Part shown: positions 1 through 7,996 of the stretch, piece after piece
Layout: every line of letters starts with the position of its first letter
Numbering within the stretch: position 1 is the stretch's first letter
NCBI GenBank assembly: GCA_029933755.1
Contig: JAOZNO010000001.1
Coordinates: 1-31,844, forward strand
DNA from: Bacteroidales bacterium
Lineage (GTDB): Bacteria > Bacteroidota > Bacteroidia > Bacteroidales > NBLH01
DNA length: 31,844 nt
Reading direction: 5' to 3'
The notes under the pieces: model-generated
What the model was told of the DNA's origin: nothing
The model's database searches: none
The model's input: only the letters and a program-made list of their open reading frames with translations
Program-made: the position numbers and the translations under genes

Positions 1-108
1 TTCATTATAAATACCATCGCGGTTTTCGCCACGCCACTGACTGGCTTCTTGTGCATATATAAAACTAGAAAATATCAGAAAAATAGAAATGGGAAGGAGT
101 TTATACAT
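1..108 (-). CDS. 5' part of a secreted PQQ-like beta-propeller repeat protein (runs off the window edge)
   Basis: Manual translation from ATG at 108: MYKLLPISIFLIFSSFIYAQEASQWRGENRDGIYNE. Sec signal peptide followed by the QWRGxNRDG motif typical of PQQ-binding-like beta-propeller proteins. Confidence 0.8.
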   Translation of the reverse strand, partial: MYKLLPISIFLIFSSFIYAQEASQWRGENRDGIYNE

Positions 109-150
109 AATAGTAGATCTTATTACAATATTAATTTCATGTATTCTTTG

Positions 151-206
151 TAAACTTAAATAATAAAAGGGAATTACTGTAATTTTTGATGTTAAAACTA
201 TGTTAA
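151..206 (-). promoter_or_regulatory. Candidate promoter of the beta-propeller gene: TTAACAT-N4-TTAACAT direct repeat plus a -7-like element
   Basis: ATGTTAA at 189-195 and 200-206 (11-bp period). TAAGTTTA, a TAnnTTTG variant, on the minus strand at 158-151. Confidence 0.4.
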
Positions 207-791
207 TATAATAAGTTTCTGAATTTGATATTTTACTATAATTTTTAGTTGAAAGTGTATTCATACAGAAAAGAATTCTATGAGACGTGTGCTCAGCTTA
301 TATAGCTTGGGATGCCCAAATCAAGGGAGCATTTTTTAAATTATTACAATCAATAAGGAAAGCTATGAGATGCATAGCTTTGCAAGCGTGATAGCAATGT
401 TTTCTTAGCTTATTAAAAAATAAAAAACGATATTCCTAATAAATCGAAAACTGCTTTTAATTTTCTAATATTTTTGCTGTTCATCCTTAAATTGCTGGTT
501 GAAAAGAAACTAAATAGATTACGAATAAAATTAAAAACACTTTACCCGAAACTTGAAGCTTGACTTGATACATAGGACAGAATGGATAGTTTGCTTTTCA
601 TTATCAGAAAGATCTTTATTTAACCTTAGCTTTTACAAATTTGTTTTTTTCTGGGGGATTCAATGCCCTGAATATTTTTTGGGTTGCAAACAATCCTGAA
701 GGTATTTAAAAGCGAAGACAAAAATAGAAAAATAAATCTACTTGTTTGCGTTCACAAAAGGCTATAGGATTATAACTTCTGCTTGGTTAAA

Positions 792-863
792 TGAAAATAT
801 ATAAAAATAAATCGAAAATAAACGAAAACAATACGAAAACATAAGAAAATTTATTTATCTTTG
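792..863 (+). promoter_or_regulatory. Phased operator array and -7 promoter element upstream of the DeoR gene
   Basis: nGAAAA-type units start at 792, 802, 813, 823, 834 and 844 (spacing 10,11,10,11,10; CGAAAA exact at 813, 823, 834). TATCTTTG at 856-863 matches the Bacteroidota TAnnTTTG element. Confidence 0.6.
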
Positions 864-889
864 TCTAGCCTTTAAATAGTAGTTTTCTT

Positions 890-1672
890 ATGAAAGTATT
901 TTTAGACGATAGAAAATTAAAGATCCTGGAGCTCATTGCGGGGAAGGAATCTGTTTCGGTTAAGGAGTTAAGCATACTGCTAAAGGTTAGCGAGGCTACC
1001 ATACGGACTGATTTGAGTGTTCTTGAAGAAAGAGGAAAAATTGTTCGATATCATGGTGGTGCACGCCTTATAGAAAATAGGTATAAGCAAGAACTTACCT
1101 ATCAGAATAGAAAGAACCTAAACTTTCAGCAAAAGAAAGAAATCGGGAAGTTTGCAGCAACTTTAATTAAATCTAACGATTCTGTTTTGCTTGATGCTAG
1201 TACAACATCGCTTGCTTTGGCTCAATCTTTAAGAAATAGAGAGGATATAAGAGATGTTACGATTATACCCTTAGGTATTTGGACTGCAATTGAGTTTTTA
1301 GGTTATGATAATTTTAACATTTTGCTTCCGGGTGGCTATCTTAGGCATGCATCTGCCTCTTTGACCGGATTACCGACAAATGATTTTTTTGAAGGGCTTA
1401 TAGTTCAAAAGGCTTTTTTAGGTGCATGGGGAATTTCCGTCGAACAGGGACTAACTGATAGCCATTTGCTAGAAATCGAATTTAAAAAAATGATCTTGAA
1501 AAAAGCAAAAGAAGTTATCGTGATTGTAGATGGGAGCAAGTTTAATCAATCCGGACTTGCCAGCTATGCTTCAATTGATAAAATATCGCAAATAATTACT
1601 GATAAAACAGCTCCGCTTGAAGAAATAGGAAAAATACGCAAACTTGGGGTTAAAGTTATCGTGGCAAGCTAA
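890..1672 (+). CDS. DeoR/GlpR-family transcriptional regulator
   Basis: N-terminal HTH (VSVKELSILLKVSEATIRTDLSVLE, RYHGGA) and C-terminal sugar-phosphate sensor domain (LLDASTT, KAFLG, DGSKF, IITD). Confidence 0.95.
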   Translation: MKVFLDDRKLKILELIAGKESVSVKELSILLKVSEATIRTDLSVLEERGKIVRYHGGARLIENRYKQELTYQNRKNLNFQQKKEIGKFAATLIKSNDSVLLDASTTSLALAQSLRNREDIRDVTIIPLGIWTAIEFLGYDNFNILLPGGYLRHASASLTGLPTNDFFEGLIVQKAFLGAWGISVEQGLTDSHLLEIEFKKMILKKAKEVIVIVDGSKFNQSGLASYASIDKISQIITDKTAPLEEIGKIRKLGVKVIVAS

Positions 1673-1767
1673 TATTTGTCATAAAACAAAATTAGGTGTT
1701 CTATGAAAATTCAAATATCAATGCTAGTTCCGCTATTGCGGAAGCTCTCAAATTTTCAAAGCTCGAT

Positions 1768-1783
1768 TTTACTTTTGTAAATG
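1768..1783 (+). promoter_or_regulatory. Candidate -7 promoter element upstream of pduL
   Basis: TTTACTTTTGTAAATG contains TACTTTTG (TAnnTTTG). The identical 16-mer lies upstream of ackA at 9594-9609. Confidence 0.45.
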
Positions 1784-1881
1784 CGATGTACTAAGCTAGT
1801 TGAAGTAAGTGTTTTGAAAAATTTGTATAACGATGAGATTTGGATATTTAGAGCTTAACTAAGGAGAATAAATTATAAGTT

Positions 1882-2544
1882 ATGATGAATATAGATGAAG
1901 CGGTAATTGATCGTATTGTTGATGAAGTTAAAAAGAATCTTGCTGCTCCGCTTAGTAAAATAAATGGTAATTTAATTCCATTGGGTGTTTCGAACAGGCA
2001 TATACATCTAACACTTCAAACATTCAAAAAACTTTTTGGTGATAATACTGAATTTGAAGTGATGCGTCCTTTATATCAACCCGGCGAATTTGCCTCTAAA
2101 CATGTTGTAACCATTATTGGTGCAAAGCAAAGAAGCATTCAAGGGGTTAGAATACTAGGGCCTTTAAGAAATTATGATCAGGTTGAAGTTTCATTAACCG
2201 ATGCGGTAGTTTTGGGCATTAGCCCTCCGGTTGTTAATTCAGGAACCTTAGATAATGCTTCACCTTTAACTCTTGTTGGACCTAAAGGTTCTGTTTATCT
2301 TAATAAATGTGCAATAGTTGCATCAAGGCATATTCATATGACAAATGCTGATGCCAGAGGATTTGGTGTAAGTGATGGTGATTATTGTAAAGTCCGTATA
2401 GCTGGAGACAAAGGAACTATTTTTGAAAATGTTTTAGTTAGAATTAATGATGACTGGAAGCTTCAAATACATCTTGATACTGACGATGCAAATGCTGCAA
2501 ATGTACGTTCAGAAACTTCTGTTGAATTTGTTGGAAAAATGTAA
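1882..2544 (+). CDS. pduL: PduL-type phosphotransacylase with N-terminal encapsulation peptide
   Basis: Motifs GVSNRHIHL, LYQPGEFA, VRILGP, RHIHM, HLDTDDANAA. N-terminal amphipathic helix IDEAVIDRIVDEVKKNL. Confidence 0.95.
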   Translation: MMNIDEAVIDRIVDEVKKNLAAPLSKINGNLIPLGVSNRHIHLTLQTFKKLFGDNTEFEVMRPLYQPGEFASKHVVTIIGAKQRSIQGVRILGPLRNYDQVEVSLTDAVVLGISPPVVNSGTLDNASPLTLVGPKGSVYLNKCAIVASRHIHMTNADARGFGVSDGDYCKVRIAGDKGTIFENVLVRINDDWKLQIHLDTDDANAANVRSETSVEFVGKM

Positions 2545-2547
2545 ATT

Positions 2548-2835
2548 ATGAAACTCGGACTTGTTATTGGTAAGCTTGTATCAAGTAGAAAAGAAGGCAA
2601 TCTTGATGGTAAAAGAATATTAGTTGTTCGTTATCTTAATGATGAGATGAAAGATACTAAAAAAACGGTAGCTTGTGTTGATACAGTTAATGCTGGTGAG
2701 GGCGAAGTCGTTCTTTTATGTTCTTCATCTTCGGCAAGACTAACAGATACAACTAAAAATGTGGCAGTTGACAATAGTATTATTGGAATTGTAGATTCAA
2801 TTTCTATTGGAAAAGAATATTTATACAAAAAATAA
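2548..2835 (+). CDS. BMC pentamer shell protein (EutN/CcmL family), BMC-P #1
   Basis: VIGKLVSSRK..LDGKRILVV..CVDTVNAGEGEVVLLCSSSSAR..VDNSIIGIVD. Confidence 0.92.
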   Translation: MKLGLVIGKLVSSRKEGNLDGKRILVVRYLNDEMKDTKKTVACVDTVNAGEGEVVLLCSSSSARLTDTTKNVAVDNSIIGIVDSISIGKEYLYKK

Positions 2836-2917
2836 ATTTTAATAGAGTGTGTCCATAATGTCACTATTTGTAGAGCTTTGTGTGTTTGAAACGTATTTTA
2901 AAATGTGAACAAGTTGG

Positions 2918-2979
2918 CAGTAAACAGTCTACAGTACGCAGCAGATCTGCAAAGTCTGCTTACTGAGAACTGAAGACTG
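2918..2979. repeat. Inverted heptamer-periodic REP-like element inside the BMC operon
   Basis: CAGT at 2918, 2925, 2932 and ACTG at 2962, 2969, 2976 (period 7 on both arms), around a GCAGATCTGC palindrome at 2941-2950. Confidence 0.6.
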
Positions 2980-3056
2980 TTCTCGTTTCTAAGAAGAAAA
3001 GAAATTTAAATTAGTAAATGGCTGACTTTATAGACTAAATCTAAATAGAATCATAG

Positions 3057-3353
3057 GTGGAAATATCTTTACAAAAAATAATCGAAATTGTTACCGAAGA
3101 AGTAATAAAGGAGTTAATTAAAAAAGGCATTAAAATAGATGAGTCTTTTATTAGAAAAACTGAAAACAACAATAATAATAAGTCATTTGAGATTGATATG
3201 AGGAGGTTTAAAACGCCTATTGTAACAGAAAACATATTAGGTTCAATTGATAAAAATATTAATAAAATAATTGTTCCGGCTAAAACTATTATTACGCCGG
3301 GGGCAAGGCATATAGTTAAGAAAAATAAACTTACTATAATTTACAAATCTTAA
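3057..3353 (+). CDS. Small BMC-associated protein: encapsulation peptide plus EutQ-N-terminus-like domain
   Basis: GTG start. N-terminal amphipathic LQKIIEIVTEEVIKELIKK, Asn-rich linker, C-terminal IVTENIL..TIITPGARHIVKK resembling the IITPxAR motif of BMC accessory proteins. Confidence 0.7.
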   Translation: MEISLQKIIEIVTEEVIKELIKKGIKIDESFIRKTENNNNNKSFEIDMRRFKTPIVTENILGSIDKNINKIIVPAKTIITPGARHIVKKNKLTIIYKS

Positions 3354-3368
3354 TAAATATATAGAATC

Positions 3369-3650
3369 ATGGTAAAAGGAGTCGCTTTAGGTTTTGTTGA
3401 AACACGGGGTAATACCGGAGCTATTAATGCAATTGATGCAATGCTCAAAACCGCAAATGTTGAATTTTCAAAGAAAGTTGAAATAGGTGGTGCATATATA
3501 ACTGTTATTGTCAGAGGCGAAGTAGGTGCAGTACGATCATCTGTTGAAGCTGGTGCAGAAGCAGCTGCCAAAATTGGTGAGTTGGTTAGTACAAATATTA
3601 TTGCCTCAGCCGATGAGGAAGTTTTTGATTTAATTGGTATAAAAAAATAG
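3369..3650 (+). CDS. BMC hexamer shell protein, BMC-H #1 (divergent C-terminus)
   Basis: ALGFVETRG..IDAMLKTANV..IGGAYITVIVRGEVGAVRSSVEAG. Lacks the usual C-terminal PRP/RP motif. Confidence 0.93.
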   Translation: MVKGVALGFVETRGNTGAINAIDAMLKTANVEFSKKVEIGGAYITVIVRGEVGAVRSSVEAGAEAAAKIGELVSTNIIASADEEVFDLIGIKK

Positions 3651-3659
3651 GAGGAAAAA

Positions 3660-3962
3660 ATGATAGAAGCATTAGGAATTATCGAAACCATTGGGTTCAC
3701 TGCCGCCATTGAAGCAGCAGATGCGGCTGTAAAATCAGCAAATATTAAGCTTGGTAACTGGGTTAAAGTTGGTGGCGGACATGTAAATATTATTATTCGT
3801 GGTGATGTTGCATCAGTAAAGGCTGCCGTTGAGGCTGGTGTTGAAGCTGCATCAAGAATTGGTACTGTACAGTCTCAAGTGGTATTACCTCGTCCATCAG
3901 ATAAGTTGATGCCTAAATTTCAACTTGATCCTATTAAAGCAGTAAAAAAAACAACTAAATAA
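3660..3962 (+). CDS. BMC hexamer shell protein, BMC-H #2
   Basis: ALGIIETIG..AADAAVKSANI..VGGGHV..RGDVASVKAAVEAG..VLPRP. AGGAGG at 3649-3654, 5 nt before the ATG. Confidence 0.95.
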   Translation: MIEALGIIETIGFTAAIEAADAAVKSANIKLGNWVKVGGGHVNIIIRGDVASVKAAVEAGVEAASRIGTVQSQVVLPRPSDKLMPKFQLDPIKAVKKTTK

Positions 3963-3973
3963 TCTGACTCAAT

Positions 3974-5407
3974 ATGAATTTTGATATTAGTGAGACACAA
4001 TTAAACGATATTGTTGAAAATGTTGTAAGGCAAGTTGTATCGCAAACCACTAATTCTGAAAATAGCATTATTGAGTCTGGTAAAGGCGACAATGGTGTTT
4101 TTGAAGACATGAACGATGCAGTAGAAGCTGCTTATGTGGCATTTCAGGAGTATAAGGAAAGAAGTACTCAGTGCAGAAAAGATATTACTGATGCAATTAG
4201 GAAAATGGCAATTGACCACAAAGAAGAACTCTCTCAATTAACTATAGAAGAGACGACTATGGGAAGGCTTGATCATAAAATTGCAAAATACATAAACGCT
4301 TCAGAAAACAGTCCAGGTGTTGAAGATTTACAACCCCGGGCTTGGTCAGGAAAAAATGGTTTGGCTCTTGATGAATATGCACCATTTGGCGTAATAGGTA
4401 ATATTTCTCCTAGTACACATCCAGGACCGGTATTGATTAATAATATTATTATTCAGTTAGCTGGTGGAAATACCATTGCTTTCAATCCGCATCCAAATGC
4501 AAAAAAAATTAGCAATAAAGTTATTCAACTGGCTAATAAATATATGATTGAAGCTGGTGCACCGGCAAATTTGGTTACAAGTATTAAAGAGCCTACTTTA
4601 CAATCGGCTGAAGCTTTATTTAGTCACGAAAAAGTTGCTTTTCTTTCTGTAACAGGAGGTCCGCAAGTTGTTGAAATGGCTCAAAAGTTTCCAAAAAAAC
4701 TTATGGCAGCCGGCCCGGGTAACCCACCTGTCTTGGTTGACGAAACAGCTGATCTTGTTCATGCGGCAAAAGAAATTACGGATAGTGCAAGTTTTGATAA
4801 CAATATTCTTTGTATAGGCGAGAAAGAAATATTTGTCGTTGAATCAGTTTTCGATGCATTTATGAGTGAAATGGAAAAGGTCGGAAATGTTAGGCTTACA
4901 ACCAGCCAAATGGACGAGCTTGGAGAGAAAGCATTGTTTCAGTCAGGTGAACATTGGCTGATAGGAAGAGATCTTGTTGGAAAAAATGCAAAGGTACTGG
5001 CAAATGCAATAGGATTAAATGTATCTGAAAATGCTCCATTATTAATTGGAGAAACGGATAAGAATCATCCATGGGTATTAGCAGAACAAATGACCTGTTG
5101 TATTCCTGTAGTCAAAGTAAAAGATTTTAAAGAAGGAACTCAGGCTGCGATTGAAGCCGAACACGGATTCAGGCACACAGCCAGCGTATTTACCAAAGAT
5201 ATAGACCGTGCTACAAAATATAGCAGGGTGTTGGATTGTACTGTTAATGTTATAAATGGCGGTACTCTTAGGGGAAATGGTGGCGATTTAGGTGAAGGAT
5301 ACTTTTCACACACTATTGCAACCCCAACCGGCGAGGGTATTACTACTCCTCTTGACTTTGTTAGGAAACGACGTATAATGACTCATCCGGCATTACGATT
5401 TATTTAA
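3974..5407 (+). CDS. CoA-acylating aldehyde dehydrogenase (EutE/PduP family) with N-terminal encapsulation peptide
   Basis: PFGVIGNISPSTHP, FNPHPNAK, VTGGPQVV, AAGPGNPPVLVDETAD, catalytic SFDNNILCIGEKE, TIATPTGEG. N-terminal helix ISETQLNDIVENVVRQVVS. Confidence 0.95.
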   Translation: MNFDISETQLNDIVENVVRQVVSQTTNSENSIIESGKGDNGVFEDMNDAVEAAYVAFQEYKERSTQCRKDITDAIRKMAIDHKEELSQLTIEETTMGRLDHKIAKYINASENSPGVEDLQPRAWSGKNGLALDEYAPFGVIGNISPSTHPGPVLINNIIIQLAGGNTIAFNPHPNAKKISNKVIQLANKYMIEAGAPANLVTSIKEPTLQSAEALFSHEKVAFLSVTGGPQVVEMAQKFPKKLMAAGPGNPPVLVDETADLVHAAKEITDSASFDNNILCIGEKEIFVVESVFDAFMSEMEKVGNVRLTTSQMDELGEKALFQSGEHWLIGRDLVGKNAKVLANAIGLNVSENAPLLIGETDKNHPWVLAEQMTCCIPVVKVKDFKEGTQAAIEAEHGFRHTASVFTKDIDRATKYSRVLDCTVNVINGGTLRGNGGDLGEGYFSHTIATPTGEGITTPLDFVRKRRIMTHPALRFI

Positions 5408-5437
5408 AAATTTACAAATATTAAAGGAGAATATAAA

Positions 5438-5710
5438 ATGGCAGCAAGAAACGCAATTGGAATTTTAGAAACAAAAGGATTTGCCTGTTTGGTAATAGGG
5501 GCAGATACAGCTCTTAAATCAGCAAATGTTGAACTTGTAGAGTGGAGACAAGTTGGTAGCGGTTATGTGTCTTTTGTTATTGAAGGCGATGTGGCAGCAG
5601 TTAGGGCTTCTATTGAAGCTGGTGCGGAAGCCGCATCTAAAGTGGGACAAGTATTATCCCAATTAATTATAGCACGTCCTGTAGATGAAATTGACACAAT
5701 ATTTTCATAA
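5438..5710 (+). CDS. BMC hexamer shell protein, BMC-H #3
   Basis: AIGILETKG..GADTALKSANV..VGSGYV..EGDVAAVRASIEAG..IIARP. AAGGAG at 5424-5429. Confidence 0.95.
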   Translation: MAARNAIGILETKGFACLVIGADTALKSANVELVEWRQVGSGYVSFVIEGDVAAVRASIEAGAEAASKVGQVLSQLIIARPVDEIDTIFS

Positions 5711-5721
5711 GCTAATTATTT

Positions 5722-6000
5722 ATGATTTTTGCAAAAGTTATAGGAACAATTGTTTCTACTCAGAAGGATCCTAATCTGAATGGTAAAAAACTATTGCTAT
5801 GCAAGGAAGTGGATCACAGTGGGAAACCCCTGGAAACTTATCATGTGGCCGTAGATGCGGTGCAAGCCGGTGAAGGAAGTTTTGTGCTTCTTTCATATGG
5901 TTCTTCTGCCCGCATGACTGATGAAACAAAAAATGCACCTATTGATGCAGTTGTAATAGCAATAATTGATGATGTTCAGATAACACATCAATTTAAATAA
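5722..6000 (+). CDS. BMC pentamer shell protein, BMC-P #2 (canonical)
   Basis: AKVIGTIVSTQKDPNLNGKKLLL..AVDAVQAGEG..GSSAR..PIDAVVIAIID. Confidence 0.95.
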   Translation: MIFAKVIGTIVSTQKDPNLNGKKLLLCKEVDHSGKPLETYHVAVDAVQAGEGSFVLLSYGSSARMTDETKNAPIDAVVIAIIDDVQITHQFK

Positions 6001-6007
6001 AAGACAG

Positions 6008-6271
6008 ATGAAACTTGGGGTAGTTATTGGTGTAGTTTGGGCTTCACGGAAAGTCGAGGCGCTAGATGCTTGCAGAATGTATATTGTACAACCTGTTTCG
6101 TCTGAAAACAATCCGGTAGAGTCACCTTTGGTGGTTGCTGACCCTAAAGGTTTAGCGGCTTCAGGTGATAAAATTGTTTATGTTACCAGTACAGATGCCG
6201 TAGAGGCTTTTGATAGTGGTTTTGTTCCGGTAAATGCTAGTGTTATTGAACTGGTTGATGTAGTTGTTTAA
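6008..6271 (+). CDS. BMC pentamer shell protein, BMC-P #3 (divergent)
   Basis: MKLGVVIGVVWASRK..YIVQP..VADPKGLAASGDKIVYVTSTDA..PVNASVIELVD. Confidence 0.85.
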   Translation: MKLGVVIGVVWASRKVEALDACRMYIVQPVSSENNPVESPLVVADPKGLAASGDKIVYVTSTDAVEAFDSGFVPVNASVIELVDVVV

Positions 6272-6311
6272 CCTGCACTATTTAAAGAGAATTTATGAAT
6301 TAATCAGGTTA

Positions 6312-6590
6312 ATGTTTTTAGCAAAAATCATAAGAAAAGTAATTTCAACAGAAAAACATGATGCCTATAAAGGCAGAATTGTTTTTGTTGTTCAACCTGT
6401 AAAACCTAATGGTGAAAATATTGGTAATGAATGGGTAGCTGTAGATTATGTTGGTGCCGGAGTTGGCGATACGATTATTTGTGGCGGTGCTCCCGGAGTG
6501 TCAAAAAATATATTTAAACTTGAATTGGCTCCAATAAGGACTTTAATAATAGCGGTAGTTGATAAAATCGACTATAGGGATATAGAATAA
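6312..6590 (+). CDS. BMC pentamer shell protein, BMC-P #4 (divergent)
   Basis: Start moved from the ORF-track 6264 to ATG 6312: MFLAKIIRKVISTEKH..VVQP..AVDYVGAGVGDTII..PIRTLIIAVVD. Confidence 0.87.
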   Translation: MFLAKIIRKVISTEKHDAYKGRIVFVVQPVKPNGENIGNEWVAVDYVGAGVGDTIICGGAPGVSKNIFKLELAPIRTLIIAVVDKIDYRDIE

Positions 6591-6697
6591 TTTTCATGTG
6601 TTTATTTTTGATTATTTTTATTTGCCACATGTTACCGCATGATGTAAAATAATCATTGCCTTGAATGTTTAATAATTATTTTAATCATGCTTGTTTC

Positions 6698-7996
6698 ATG
6701 ACAATAAAAGAAATAGAAAGTTTAGGAATTGTTGGTGCTGGTGGAGCAGGTTTTCCTACGCATGTGAAGCTAAACAGCAAGCCTGATACTATTATTATGA
6801 ATGCAGCGGAATGTGAGCCTCTGCTTCATAAGGATATGGAGCTTATTTTGAACTATACCGATAAAGTTTTGCTTGGTTTGAAAATAGTAATGGAAATTAC
6901 TGGTGCAAAACAAGGTATTATTGGAATAAAAGAGAAGCATCCCCACGAAATAGACTTGTTAAACTCAAAGGTTTCGGGCAATATAAAAGTAATACCTATT
7001 GAAGATATTTATCCTGCCGGAGATGAGGTAACTTTGATTTACATGACCACAAAAAGAGTTGTTCAGCCAGGTGCTCTTCCTATTTCCGTGGGCTGCGTAG
7101 TGCAAAATGTTGAAACATTATTGAATATTGGATTAGGAAAACCCGTTACAGATAAATATGTATCAATTGCAGGTGCGGTTGAAAAGCCGGCAACTGTGAG
7201 AGTTCCGGTTGGAACTACTTATGCTGAGATATTGTCCCACTTTAAAATTACGGTTGATGATTATTCAATTCGTGTAGGTGGGCTAATGATGGGAGCACTT
7301 GAAGCTGATTTGAATTCAGTTGTTGATAAAAAAACTGGGGCATTAATCGTCCTTCCCTCTGATCATCACTGTGTGAATGTTTACAATCGATTTGCCTTAG
7401 AAGAATATACTGATAAAATTGCTAAAGCAGCCTGCGATCAATGTACTTTTTGTACAGAATTATGCCCCAGGTATCTTCTTGGTCAGCCTGTAATGCCTAA
7501 TATTGCAATGAAGAACAGAATGTTTTCCAATTTAGAACAAAAGGTGGTTTTTGCAGGCAATTTTTCTTGCTGCGAGTGTAATTTATGTACTATGTATGCT
7601 TGTCCTGAAGGCCTCGATCCAAGAGGTGCAACAGTTATGGAAAAAAGATGGTCAAGAGAACTGGGATTAAAATGGGATGGAAAAGAAGCAGTTCCGCATC
7701 CTATGAATGATTATCGGAAAGTTCCGACACAAAAACTAATGCAAAGGCTTGATGTATTAATGTTTAAAGATGAAGGGCCTTTAATTGAACTAAATTTATC
7801 TTCAACAGAAGTTCGTATCCCTTTTAACAAACACATTGGAGCCGTTTCGCAACCAATTGTTAATGTTGGGCAAATCGTAAATAAATACGAACTGATAGCC
7901 AGGGCTAATGGTCAGGTTTCAAGCAATATACATTCATCAATAGATGGAATAGTTAAAAACATTTCAGAAACAGAAATATTAATACAAAAAAATTGA
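6698..7996 (+). CDS. pduS: PduS/RnfC-like flavin/Fe-S oxidoreductase
   Basis: GIVGAGGAGFPTHVK, NAAECEPLL, YPAGDE, QNVET, SLBB-like region, two Fe-S motifs (CDQCTFCTELCP; CCECNLCTMYACP), C-terminal sandwich domain (HIGA..HSSIDG). Start probably ATG 6698 rather than 6665. Confidence 0.9.
   Translation: MTIKEIESLGIVGAGGAGFPTHVKLNSKPDTIIMNAAECEPLLHKDMELILNYTDKVLLGLKIVMEITGAKQGIIGIKEKHPHEIDLLNSKVSGNIKVIPIEDIYPAGDEVTLIYMTTKRVVQPGALPISVGCVVQNVETLLNIGLGKPVTDKYVSIAGAVEKPATVRVPVGTTYAEILSHFKITVDDYSIRVGGLMMGALEADLNSVVDKKTGALIVLPSDHHCVNVYNRFALEEYTDKIAKAACDQCTFCTELCPRYLLGQPVMPNIAMKNRMFSNLEQKVVFAGNFSCCECNLCTMYACPEGLDPRGATVMEKRWSRELGLKWDGKEAVPHPMNDYRKVPTQKLMQRLDVLMFKDEGPLIELNLSSTEVRIPFNKHIGAVSQPIVNVGQIVNKYELIARANGQVSSNIHSSIDGIVKNISETEILIQKN

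Noticed and set aside
278-381. CTATGAGA direct repeat and a 9-bp hairpin (359-381) in the divergent intergenic region
   Set aside because: Short, with no termini, target duplication or U tail; a function cannot be supported.
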